A stretch of 48,774 nt of DNA from a virus (Duplodnaviria; Heunggongvirae; Uroviricota; Caudoviricetes). A model generated the notes under the pieces. That model was not told where the DNA came from. It did not search any database and worked only from the letters and a program-made list of their open reading frames with translations. The stretch is taken from the IMG/VR virus record IMGVR_UViG_2909267149_000001, one strand, 5' to 3'. The first letter of the stretch is position 1, and the number at the start of each line of letters is the position of its first letter. Below, in pieces: positions 1-8,758 of the stretch. The position numbers were made by a program, and so were the translations under genes.

Positions 1-837
1 ATGCCGTCTCTACGTTCAGCTTACGTTTGTAATTTGTCGCCGGAGTTCCAGCCTCCAAAGCACCATACGCACAAGCTGCCGCTGGTGTTATCTGATGCTT
101 TACAGCGCATTAATGGTCGTGATCTTACGTGTGAGGTTGCGTTCTACGTTAATCAACCGTCAGAGCGGAAACGCCGGATAAACGAGCATCGTCGTCGGGC
201 GATTAATGCTGTGATTGCTGCGATTTTGCACCATGTAAACATCATTTCTAAGCGGGTTCTGGCCAGTGCTGAGGCGTTGGCTGATTTTTGCGGCCTGTCT
301 ACCGTATCCGAAGCTGGGAACAAGTCTATAACGCGCTGTACAAGGGCGTTGTCGCAACTGAAAGAGTTAGGTTTTATTGATTATGAACGTCGCTGGGATC
401 GGGTGAATAAACAGTATTGGCCAGCGAAAATCGAGATTCGTGATCAACTGCTGGAAACAGTTGGTATTACTGAACAAGCATGGAGACGTGCGGTTAGCCA
501 GAAACTTAATTACTTCAATGCGAAGAATAGCGAACGGCTTAAAAAAGCGATAACGGAGGCTGATTATAAGCGTATTGTTATTCAGGAGCAGATGGAGAAT
601 GTATGGCGTCAGAGGAAGACGGCCAGAGAGATAAAGGCAAAACAGAAAGCAGCGGAGAGAGCTGCGCGTCTTGTTCAGGAAAAGGGAGAGGCCGAACTTC
701 GCCATCAAATCACTAGAGAGGTTAGCCAGGAATTTGCTGATGGCATGTATCCTGGTGCTGACCTTGCATATTTACGCTCCCTCGTTGAGCAGCGTTATAA
801 CAGGCTAAGAAAGACCTGGAAATCACTCCAACATTAA
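1..837 (+). CDS. repA: Plasmid replication initiator, IncFII RepA1-like
   Basis: 278-aa basic protein recalled as resembling IncFII RepA1 in architecture; followed by DnaA box and AT-rich region; ORF starts at window base 1 so the true start may be upstream. Confidence 0.55.
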   Translation: MPSLRSAYVCNLSPEFQPPKHHTHKLPLVLSDALQRINGRDLTCEVAFYVNQPSERKRRINEHRRRAINAVIAAILHHVNIISKRVLASAEALADFCGLSTVSEAGNKSITRCTRALSQLKELGFIDYERRWDRVNKQYWPAKIEIRDQLLETVGITEQAWRRAVSQKLNYFNAKNSERLKKAITEADYKRIVIQEQMENVWRQRKTAREIKAKQKAAERAARLVQEKGEAELRHQITREVSQEFADGMYPGADLAYLRSLVEQRYNRLRKTWKSLQH

Positions 838-840
838 CCC

Positions 841-1110
841 ACCTGAATGATGAATCCGGTTTTACCGGAGGATTATCTACGTCGCAATAAAATATCTGTT
901 CAAAAAACAATCTAAATTAATTTTCTCTAAACCTGAACACAGCAAAAATATCGCCTTTACAGGCATCGGCTAATAAAGTTATCCACAGTTTTGATATGTA
1001 TATGCAAATGGTTTTTTATAATAGATGCACTAAACAAATAAATGCAAAATCACTTTCTTTTATTAAAACTTTCTTTATTTAACTTACGCAGGCTTTGCCT
1101 GTGAATATGT
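841..1110. promoter_or_regulatory. Candidate vegetative origin (oriR-like AT-rich region downstream of repA)
   Basis: AT-rich tract directly after repA stop containing a consensus DnaA box. Confidence 0.45.
979..987 (+). promoter_or_regulatory. DnaA box TTATCCACA
   Basis: Exact 9-mer match to DnaA box consensus. Confidence 0.6.
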
Positions 1111-1480
1111 TCGCCCTTGCAGCGAGCTAAAGCTCGCGCCGGTTCGAGTCGCTACGCTCAAATATACCTCCTCCGGCACTTGCCGGAGGCATGGAGCAGC
1201 CTGATCATCCTTTTCGAAACGGCGCGTTTCGAACTATACAAAATCAATTTATATAAGGCCGAAATAAGGCCTACGGCCGGGCTTTGCAGGAGGAAGGGGC
1301 GAGCCTTATCAATAAACGTCGATAAATACGCACACAGTAGCCATCAGAACGCGATAAAACGTAAGAAACATCATTTCCTATTAGACATAGAAAACTTGTC
1401 TTATACGCAATGTAGTAAATTTCTATTGCCACATAGGAAAAGATTTCCTACCATCGTAGATATAATAAATGGAGATGGTT

Positions 1481-1768
1481 ATGGATAAAGATACTGTTTT
1501 AAAAATGTTGAATCCGGCTTGTTTAAAAAAAGCGGATGAATGGGAATCTCCTACATGTGGAGAAGTTCGGGCAGTCATTGGCCTGACCGGAATGAGCGGC
1601 TCGCAGTTGGCCAAAAAACTTGGCTTAAAAGATAGTCGCAATGTTCGCAACTGGCAGATGTTAAAGGAGTCCACATCCAGATCCAGCATTCCGTATGCAG
1701 CCTGGGCGCTGCTGTGTTACTTCGCTGGGTTAGGGTTAATCTTCATTGATAACAAAACAGATGTTTGA
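1481..1768 (+). CDS. Hypothetical small protein, possible HTH
   Basis: ORF with GGAG 5 nt upstream of ATG at 1481; the track start at 1469 is an in-frame alternative. Confidence 0.4.
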   Translation: MDKDTVLKMLNPACLKKADEWESPTCGEVRAVIGLTGMSGSQLAKKLGLKDSRNVRNWQMLKESTSRSSIPYAAWALLCYFAGLGLIFIDNKTDV

Positions 1769-1791
1769 AACATGCAAATATGAGGTTTGTT

Positions 1792-2055
1792 ATGGAACTT
1801 GTACGCAAAACACGCAAAGAGTTCTTGGACCTGTATCGCATGGGAGCTTTCACTTGTGTTGTGGCTACCCAGGACGAAGTGACAAAAAGCTGGCGGCTTT
1901 TTGCTCTCAATAAAAAAGGGATTGCCGTTTTCATTGAAAAAGCCCGTGGTGGTATCCGCGAATGGGCGGGATTGAATTATGTGGCTGATTTTTGCGCAGC
2001 TATGGGGATTCGTCGCTGGGAAGTCCATATGCCAGGAGTAAAGTCACAAAAATAG
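1792..2055 (+). CDS. Hypothetical protein
   Basis: ORF; GAGG 6 nt upstream of ATG at 1792; the track start at 1765 is a TTG. Confidence 0.4.
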   Translation: MELVRKTRKEFLDLYRMGAFTCVVATQDEVTKSWRLFALNKKGIAVFIEKARGGIREWAGLNYVADFCAAMGIRRWEVHMPGVKSQK

Positions 2056-2299
2056 GGCTTTCGCGTCGAAAATGAGGCGAAACTGAAAACGAGATTTCAT
2101 TAACAAATAAGCAACATAAAAAACGGTGGAAAACGCCCAGGAAAACATGATCTTTTGAGCGGATTTTTTAGATCCGACAATGAACGGTGATCCGGTGGTG
2201 CCGATAACGTCCATTATGTTAAATAGCCCCGTTTTTCTTGAAATTATAAATCACAGGTTATATAGTTAGTGATATAAACTACAGGTTATAGGATTGAGC

Positions 2300-2647
2300 A
2301 TGTGGACGGTACTTTTTAGCCAGCGATTTGACGACTGGCTAAATGAGCAAGAAGACGCTCTTCAGGAAAAGGTTTTGGCTGATTTGAAAAAGCTACAGGT
2401 TTACGGACCTGAGTTACCCAGGCCATATGCCGATACCGTAAAAGGTTCTCGGTACAAAAATATGAAAGAGCTTCGCGTTCAGTTTTCTGGCCGTCCGATA
2501 AGAGCCTTTTATGCGTTCGATCCGATTCGCCGGGCCATCGTTCTTTGTGCAGGAGACAAAAGTAACGATAAGCGGTTTTATGAAAAACTGGTGCGTATAG
2601 CTGAGGATGAGTTTGCAGCACATCTGAACACACTGGAGAGCAAGTAA
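2300..2647 (+). CDS. higB: Type II toxin, HigB-2/RelE-family (addiction-module killer protein)
   Basis: ~115-aa protein recalled as matching Gp49/HigB-2-like toxins; AGGA RBS before ATG 2300; 1-nt overlap with downstream XRE-HTH gene (toxin-first order typical of HigBA). Confidence 0.6.
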   Translation: MWTVLFSQRFDDWLNEQEDALQEKVLADLKKLQVYGPELPRPYADTVKGSRYKNMKELRVQFSGRPIRAFYAFDPIRRAIVLCAGDKSNDKRFYEKLVRIAEDEFAAHLNTLESK

Positions 2648-2946
2648 TGAGAACATTAGATGAGGCGATTGCCAGCCGTTCACCGGAAAGCCAGGCGCGA
2701 ATTAAAGAAATGGCAGATGAGATGATTCTTGAGGTCGGCTTGCAGATGATGCGTGAAGAACTCCAGTTATCACAAAAACAGGTTGCTGAGGCGATGGGTA
2801 TAAGCCAGCCAGCAGTAACAAAGCTGGAGCAGCGCGGAAATGATTTAAAGCTGGCGACATTAAAGCGTTACGTTGAAGCTATGGGAGGCAAATTAAGCCT
2901 GGATGTTGAGCTTCCCACAGGAAAACGAATAGCGTTTAACATCTGA
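2647..2946 (+). CDS. higA: Antitoxin HigA-like, XRE-family HTH
   Basis: 99-aa protein with HTH signature (LSQKQVAEAMGISQPAVTKLE); ATGA overlap with the toxin. Confidence 0.65.
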   Translation: MRTLDEAIASRSPESQARIKEMADEMILEVGLQMMREELQLSQKQVAEAMGISQPAVTKLEQRGNDLKLATLKRYVEAMGGKLSLDVELPTGKRIAFNI

Positions 2947-2960
2947 TCAGAACGAATGAT

Positions 2961-2988
2961 AAGCCCCTGTTGCAAAGGGGCTTTTTTG
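2961..2988 (+). terminator. Rho-independent terminator after higA
   Basis: GC hairpin agcccctgttgcaaaggggct followed by a T6 run. Confidence 0.6.
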
Positions 2989-2992
2989 TGCT

Positions 2993-3109
2993 CATAGAAT
3001 TATATAATTATATATTTATATAAAAAGTGCTTTACAGGTGGGAAAAAAATTCCTAAGGTTATACCCGAAACCGAGCGATACCCGCCCTGGTTAAACCGGA
3101 GATAACCCG
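2993..3109 (+). promoter_or_regulatory. Repeated promoter-leader element, copy A (AT-rich palindrome, TTTACA-17bp-TAAGGT, conserved 5' UTR, GGAG SD)
   Basis: Near-identical to copies at 12450-12575 and 19477-19593; ends at the ATG of the 3110 ORF. Confidence 0.6.
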
Positions 3110-3490
3110 ATGAGCATGATTAAAATCCGCAAAAACGCTTTCCTTAAAATTCAAACTATCCTGGCTGGTTCTGTTGGCGTGATTTGCCGTTCTTCCTCAA
3201 GCCGCATCGATGACTGCTACGATGATGAGTATCGTGTGTCCTCATGCGATGAGGCTTTAACCTGGCTGAAGGAGAATCAGGAACGTGCCCAGGTATATCT
3301 GGAAACAGAGAACGGCAATCAGATGCTGCGTATTAGCGGTCGTTATGGATTTGAAACTACATTCATGGCCTATTTTAATCAGGCTTACTTTGACAAGGAG
3401 TTGGCCTGGTACACTGATCGCATGAGCAAAAGCGAGCCAGCCCCGATTACACCGCCGAACAATAAACCATTTTTATTCCTCGTTAAGTAA
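3110..3490 (+). CDS. Hypothetical protein driven by repeated promoter element
   Basis: 126-aa ORF immediately after the conserved leader and SD. Confidence 0.5.
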   Translation: MSMIKIRKNAFLKIQTILAGSVGVICRSSSSRIDDCYDDEYRVSSCDEALTWLKENQERAQVYLETENGNQMLRISGRYGFETTFMAYFNQAYFDKELAWYTDRMSKSEPAPITPPNNKPFLFLVK

Positions 3491-3498
3491 ACACAATG

Positions 3499-3526
3499 CG
3501 CAAAGTGTCATTTTGACACTTTGCGA
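3499..3526. terminator. Perfect 12-bp stem hairpin (cgcaaagtgtca-tttt-tgacactttgcg), candidate terminator or protein-binding palindrome
   Basis: Perfect inverted repeat directly downstream of the 3110 ORF; no T-run. Confidence 0.4.
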
Positions 3527-3593
3527 GTGTTAATATAGGGGGCGTTTGAAGATAGATAACTTATTGTGGGGCAAGCCGATAACTTACATTGGG

Positions 3594-4019
3594 TTAGCTT
3601 GAATAGGTAGTTGGTATTTTGAGCATATGGCCAATCTCTTCGAGATGCTTAGATGGATTCTCCCCAGTCTTACCTTCATGTATTGACGCTATATAGTTCA
3701 AATTTTGAGCTGCCCCAAGAATCTCGGTGGCTGATGGAACAAGACGAAAGCCGATATGTAACTTTTTGATATAGAAAGGTAAAGTGGAATATTTCGCCAT
3801 TAACTGTGCTGCGGAATCTTTTAGATCATGAATGATTTCTGGCTTTAAGTTCGAGCCAGGATTCACTATTTTTGCTTGGTTACATAATAACAGATTGGAT
3901 ATTTTCCCTAGTTGTTCCCTGAATGAAATGTAAGGCTCAATAGCTCCTTTGACGATGAGTTGGCCTAGAACAAAAACACTTACACCAGTGACCACGGTGA
4001 CAAAAGCAGATGAACTCAT
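3594..4019 (-). CDS. Hypothetical protein with hydrophobic N-terminus
   Basis: 141-aa ORF divergent from an HTH gene; N-terminal hydrophobic stretch. Confidence 0.4.
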   Translation of the reverse strand: MSSSAFVTVVTGVSVFVLGQLIVKGAIEPYISFREQLGKISNLLLCNQAKIVNPGSNLKPEIIHDLKDSAAQLMAKYSTLPFYIKKLHIGFRLVPSATEILGAAQNLNYIASIHEGKTGENPSKHLEEIGHMLKIPTTYSS

Positions 4020-4120
4020 TTTTTACCTAAAGCCTAAAGATTGGATTGTTAATACATCTTATTTTGTCGTGAGTGGCTATGTCTAATTTATTGAATATCT
4101 AGGGAAAGGTAGAGGATGTA

Positions 4121-4393
4121 ATGACGGGTTACGAATTGAAATTATGGCGTCGTGGGATGAACTGGACGCAGGAGCGAGCAGCCGAAGAGTTTGGGATATC
4201 GTTGGCTACATATAAGCGATATGAGAAGGGGGAGCCGCCGAGGGTCATTGAGATGGCCATTCGCGTTCTGTCGTTTGACGATATGGTTAAGGATCTTTCA
4301 CACCTTGATAAAGATGCGATTCTGTTAAGGCTGCAAACCCTTGTATGGGAAAAGGTTAAAGTGTCGGCAGAATTGGAACAAGGGATCAAATGA
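4121..4393 (+). CDS. XRE-family HTH transcriptional regulator
   Basis: 90-aa protein with HTH signature (WTQERAAEEFGISLATYKRYE). Confidence 0.55.
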   Translation: MTGYELKLWRRGMNWTQERAAEEFGISLATYKRYEKGEPPRVIEMAIRVLSFDDMVKDLSHLDKDAILLRLQTLVWEKVKVSAELEQGIK

Positions 4394-4442
4394 TCCTTTA
4401 CGGATCGTTTTATGGTGGTGTAATGTAAGCGCCAGAAAGACA

Positions 4443-4469
4443 AAAACCGCCTTGCCGGGCGGTTTTCAG
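4443..4469 (+). terminator. Rho-independent terminator
   Basis: Hairpin accgccttgccgggcggt followed by tttt. Confidence 0.5.
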
Positions 4470-5179
4470 TCTGAAATTTAAATCTTGCTTGGTAGGCTGG
4501 ATTTAAAAAGACACCTCTTGATTGGGGCGGCTTTCTTGCGTCTAAAGATAATCAAATCTTTTTGCGCCTGCAACCCCTTTTTTACTGGTGCCCATTTCAG
4601 ACTCACGCTCGCGTCGTTGTCTTTGCCACTTCGTTGGGTTCGGTGTTTTTGGGCGAAGTGGCGCGCGGGTATGCGTACAAGGGGAAAGTGTGCTGACGCA
4701 AGCCAGGAACAGCGATCTAAACTAAGTCGAGTCTGAGAAAGGCAGGAGTGCGACAACTCGCCTGTGCTCTATGAGCAGAAGAAGGTATATCAGACGACCA
4801 ATGGCATGATTGTGGGCCACAGGGCGCACACGGCGGCGAAGCATTGGAAACGATGTGGAGCTATCTGGTGGCATGAGTTCCGGTACTCGATCTCGAGCTT
4901 TTTTTGATGCTTTTGAGAAGGGGCCGGAACTCCGGTAAAGGGCACCCTGTATGGGGGGAGGGGGGGTTGTGTCTGAAGGGTGGTTATCGGTTATGGTGGA
5001 ATTATGATGCGTAGAAAAGCGAGTTTGCTGCAAGCTATTGGGTCCATTATTTCTTTGTTTCCGGCAGTTGATCATTTTCGTCATATGGCGACACGTTCGA
5101 GTATGGGCTTGGCGCGTGACGCTGACGCTATTCGAAAGGATTTTCAGAAAGTCTCTGGTGTTGATAAGAGAGAAAAGAG

Positions 5180-5199
5180 TAAGGGGCCGTAGCCCCTTG
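5180..5199 (-). terminator. Terminator hairpin downstream of antirepressor gene
   Basis: aaggggccgtagcccctt hairpin just 3' of the minus-strand stop at 5203. Confidence 0.4.
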
Positions 5200-5202
5200 T
5201 AG

Positions 5203-6345
5203 TTATGGTCTGCTTTTCTGTGCCAGCTTATCAGCACATGTTTTTATCAGATCCTGTAGTGTCCTGGCTGGCAGGTTTGCATCCAGTACGCTGAGTATGC
5301 TGTTGTGATCAGCCTGGTCGACTACTTTGCCTGTCGGTGGTAGTAGCTTGAGCTGAGGATTCAGGTTTTCGTCAAAGCTGATAAGTGCTCTGGCGTTTCT
5401 GAGCAGATCAAGAAGTAAGGCTGATATCACATTTTCCTGAGTCATTGCTGGCAGACTTAGCGCCGCTTTGGTTTTCCCTGTTGCCTTGTCAAACTCCTTG
5501 ATTAGTTCCTTCCTGTAGTTCGGTTCCGTTAATAGCCGATTATGCTCTGTTGCCGCGCGGATAATCGTTTTTTCCTGGTACAGTCGTTTAGCCAGATCGC
5601 GCTCGTACTGTGTTTTTAACACGCTGCTGATAGCGTTAAAGGCTTCAATGTAGGCCAGCTTGATATCCTTCACGCCTGGACCGTCGATACTTTCCATGAG
5701 CAAGGTAAATCCGTCTTTTGTCATGCGATAGATTGTTATTTCGCGGTCGCTTCCTTCCAACGGTCGTTGCTCTTTAAAGAAATGACGCGCCGCAGCTGTG
5801 CGAGGAATGCGTAACGCATCGATGGCCATAACGATGGAATTGTTTGTGGTGCTGAATGCCTGGGCAACATCGGCTGAGGTTGTGAGTGGCTCGTTGTTGC
5901 ACACTTTAATGTAAAACATTGGTTTGGCGTTGAGCGTATCGACAACCTCACGAGCATTGTTTGGTGAGACGGTTACGGTCGCGGCCGTTTGTGCGTTCTG
6001 GTTGAAATAGCAGTCTTCCAGTTTTTCGAACACATCCCAAGCCTGATCGGTTTCGAGCATTTTGGCGTGACGGGCTGCTCCGTGTTCGGTCCAGAGAATT
6101 AGGGAGCGGGCATTTTTACCAACTAACCCGATTGTTTCAGGTCTGTTCTTGAACTCGCGTAATTCGTTTTTTTCAATTTTAAAGTAATGCTTTCCGGCTA
6201 TGAATCGCGTCGTGTTGTTCAGAAAGTTATCAGAAATGTTTTTGATTTTTGTTCCGTATAACTGCGCCAGAAGTTCACTAGTGATAACGGGGATCTGGTT
6301 ATGCAGGATAGGCTGTAGGGTGTTAACGGTCGGAAGCGTTTTCAT
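5203..6345 (-). CDS. Phage antirepressor (Ant-like; KilA-N/ORF6N-like N-terminus and Rha-like regulatory domain)
   Basis: 380-aa protein with motifs recalled from antirepressor families; GGAGG RBS; translationally coupled to an upstream small ORF. Confidence 0.55.
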   Translation of the reverse strand: MKTLPTVNTLQPILHNQIPVITSELLAQLYGTKIKNISDNFLNNTTRFIAGKHYFKIEKNELREFKNRPETIGLVGKNARSLILWTEHGAARHAKMLETDQAWDVFEKLEDCYFNQNAQTAATVTVSPNNAREVVDTLNAKPMFYIKVCNNEPLTTSADVAQAFSTTNNSIVMAIDALRIPRTAAARHFFKEQRPLEGSDREITIYRMTKDGFTLLMESIDGPGVKDIKLAYIEAFNAISSVLKTQYERDLAKRLYQEKTIIRAATEHNRLLTEPNYRKELIKEFDKATGKTKAALSLPAMTQENVISALLLDLLRNARALISFDENLNPQLKLLPPTGKVVDQADHNSILSVLDANLPARTLQDLIKTCADKLAQKSRP

Positions 6346-6533
6346 TTTGTACCTCCCATAACTACTTTGGTTACGAGGGAGATTTTTGCGTCAGAAACAG
6401 CGTTATCGTTGCTGGCGATGCGCATAGCTTCGCGCTCGATGATTTCAGCCAGGCGGAGTTTATCGGCGTATGAGGCTTTCTTGAGAAGGATCTTTACGAG
6501 GTTGACGTAATAGTCATGGGGTAAGTTTGTCAT
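6342..6533 (-). CDS. Small protein translationally coupled to the antirepressor (icd-like position)
   Basis: 63-aa ORF whose TGA stop overlaps the antirepressor ATG (ATGA). Confidence 0.4.
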   Translation of the reverse strand: MTNLPHDYYVNLVKILLKKASYADKLRLAEIIEREAMRIASNDNAVSDAKISLVTKVVMGGTK

Positions 6534-7418
6534 GGTGATAGTTCCCTTAAAGGTTAAGGATACTCACCACCGTCTGGTTCCAATCATTGGGTGGTGAGAC
6601 GTACAGGGTTGGAACTACCGGTCACCATGGAATCCGGCGAGTCTTACGACTCCCCCGCACGCCCCACCATAATTTGGGTGTAGCAGTGCTTTACGCATAA
6701 AAAAACCGCTAACGCGGTATGCGCCATGATGATTATCGGGGTTCCAATCCCGGCCGTAGATTTTGCTACGGCTCGGAAAGTGTCCACCAATGGCGCATTC
6801 ATGTCAATACGGCGGGATTTTAACAGAGACAACCACATAGCGTGGGTTTATTGGTAGGCAGAAACAAAAAAACCGCCCTATTGAGGACGGTTCTTTCGTG
6901 CTGATCGGATTCGCGGTCCTTTCAGCATTACGTTGTTGTATAAACAACCACGCAAGCACAAGCAGCAAGTTAATTTTACCCAAAAGGTAATAATAGTCCA
7001 CTATTATGCTTCAAAAAATTGTGGTTCTTGTTGTGCCTGCAAACTCACAGATTGTGGGTAGGTTACTGATTTTGTGAAAATAAACGAGTTTTTTCGTTTA
7101 ATTTCTTTCCTATTACTAATCTTAAAATAATCGTAAAATACCTGTGGACCTTCCCGCCGATTCGCACCCGGGCACCGACTTTAGGGGAGGATTCTCCGTT
7201 GCCGTACATGCAAGCACAAGCAGCCGTGCTTGCTCTCGCGTTGTTTTCGTCGGTGGGGATGCCGTGAAACGGCCTGTAAGGGCCATACAATGAAAAAATA
7301 CTGTATGTGTATTTTTATCGTTGTTACTGGAGCTTTGTTTACGCCACATGGGGAGGGTTGGAAGATTACTGATAACGCTCTGAATGTGACGATAAACATT
7401 AGCAGCAAGTAGCGATTA

Positions 7419-7442
7419 GGCCCCTTCGGGGGCCTTTTTTAT
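7419..7442 (+). terminator. Rho-independent terminator on plus strand
   Basis: aggccccttcgggggcct hairpin followed by T6. Confidence 0.6.
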
Positions 7443-7450
7443 GGTTGAAT

Positions 7451-7633
7451 TTAAACTCTGGAGCGCATTAAGCCTTTCAGAACTGCTTCACGTACCCATT
7501 CTGGCCTGGTGGATAGCAGGGCAAATAAGCGACCAGCTTGCAGCCGTTTGAGGTCGGTTAGACGAGTTTTCAGTAACCGTGTATATTGTTGCTCGGACAT
7601 AACAAATTCCCCTTGTTGTGTCGCGACGGCCAA
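7451..7633 (-). CDS. Hypothetical small protein
   Basis: 60-aa ORF upstream of the antirepressor leader. Confidence 0.3.
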   Translation of the reverse strand: MAVATQQGEFVMSEQQYTRLLKTRLTDLKRLQAGRLFALLSTRPEWVREAVLKGLMRSRV

Positions 7634-7662
7634 CAGTTGGCGCTGGAGGCCGTCACCTTCTC

Positions 7663-7917
7663 TTACTTCTGGTTGTATTGAGCCTTGAGTAACTCAAAAG
7701 ATTTTGTCAGCACTTCTTTCAATGACATATCCATTGAGCTGGCGAACGTTTTGTACTCGCGTTTAAATTCAGGGTCGACGTTAAACGCCATTTGTGCCCC
7801 ACCTGATTTGGTTCTGGTTGGCGTTTCAGTCGGGTCGAAAACCTGCGGTTGTTCGATCGATGGCGGTACGCCTTTGCTGTTCTTCTTTGGTGGTTTTGAT
7901 GGTGCGGCCATGTGCAT
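7663..7917 (-). CDS. Small partition/regulatory protein, ParG-like (possible ribbon-helix-helix)
   Basis: 84-aa protein directly downstream of a ParA-type ATPase in the same operon; disordered basic N-terminus and structured C-terminus typical of ParG-like centromere binders. Confidence 0.45.
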   Translation of the reverse strand: MHMAAPSKPPKKNSKGVPPSIEQPQVFDPTETPTRTKSGGAQMAFNVDPEFKREYKTFASSMDMSLKEVLTKSFELLKAQYNQK

Positions 7918-7954
7918 CCCCTCTTATATAAATCTATAAAACTATAATTATATA

Positions 7955-8608
7955 TTACGCGGCAGTAGTCAGAGCCTCAAGCTGGTTGATAATCCCCTGA
8001 ATAACGTCGTCTGCCTTTTTGCGTGGCGCAACGTATGAGCACTCAATGAGGCTTAAGCCCTTATCCTGAGCTTTGCTCAGAGCTGGCTTGTGGGGAATGT
8101 ACTTATCGACAACAAAGTATGGCGTATTAGCCAGGTACTCTTGGGCTTCAATATAGTCAGCTTCGTTTTCAGCCGCGCCGGAAAACACCATGCAAATTTT
8201 CTTGATTGGTACACCCTTTTTAACGATGCCGTGAGCTGTGTTAACGGTGGTTTCCAGGTCATCGGTAGAGAATCTGGTTGGCAAAATAACCATATCCAGA
8301 AATTCAGAGAGCTTCGGTACTGATTCAGATGCGTAGGCACCGCCATCTACGATAACCAGGTCGTATACTTCTGATTCGATGATTTTCTGGACTTGTGATG
8401 GTGTGCCGCACGGCTGTGCCGCGATTGCTGGTTCGATATTGTTGGCCATTCTGCGTTGTACCCAACGCGTTACCGTTCCGTTAAGCACATCCATATCGAT
8501 CAGGCATACATTCCAGCCAGCCTTTGCATAAGCAACTGCTAAAGCACGAGCAATGGTTGATTTGGTTACGCCGCCTTTTCCGTTGAAAATACCTACAGAT
8601 ATAGTCAT
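7955..8608 (-). CDS. Partition ATPase, ParA/ParF family (Walker-type)
   Basis: Deviant Walker A GKGGVTKST near the N-terminus; start at 8608 preferred, 8623 is the alternative upstream ATG. Confidence 0.8.
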   Translation of the reverse strand: MTISVGIFNGKGGVTKSTIARALAVAYAKAGWNVCLIDMDVLNGTVTRWVQRRMANNIEPAIAAQPCGTPSQVQKIIESEVYDLVIVDGGAYASESVPKLSEFLDMVILPTRFSTDDLETTVNTAHGIVKKGVPIKKICMVFSGAAENEADYIEAQEYLANTPYFVVDKYIPHKPALSKAQDKGLSLIECSYVAPRKKADDVIQGIINQLEALTTAA

Positions 8609-8623
8609 TTGTCGAGACTCCAT

Positions 8624-8758
8624 GTGTTTGATTATATAATTCTATAAATCTATATTTATAGAATGAGGTAAGCATAACCAACTTTTTGGCGGATGAAAAG
8701 CGTTTTATATAATTATATAAATCTATAATCATATAAGCGGGCGTTAGCCCGCTTGCAG
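8624..8758. repeat. AT-rich repeat array upstream of the partition operon (candidate centromere/operator)
   Basis: Two blocks of tatataattatataaatctata-type repeats containing the TATAATTATA palindrome. Confidence 0.5.

Noticed and set aside
1117-1488. 123-aa plus-strand ORF
   Set aside because: Overlaps the GC-hairpin cluster, has no plausible RBS and an odd composition; more likely a non-coding structured region.
4722-5237. 171-aa minus-strand ORF
   Set aside because: Low-complexity composition (Pro/Thr/Ser-rich), no RBS, and it overlaps the antirepressor 3' end and terminator.
6700-6760. Possible tRNA-like element (T-arm-like ggg-ttccaat-ccc hairpin)
   Set aside because: No acceptor, D or anticodon arms could be assembled into a cloverleaf; kept only as part of the structured antirepressor leader.
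7230-7412. 60-aa plus-strand ORF (or 40-aa version from ATG 7290) ending before the terminator at 7419
   Set aside because: Weak RBS and it lies in the structured leader region; a non-coding antisense transcript ending at the terminator is an equally good explanation, so it is not annotated as a CDS.
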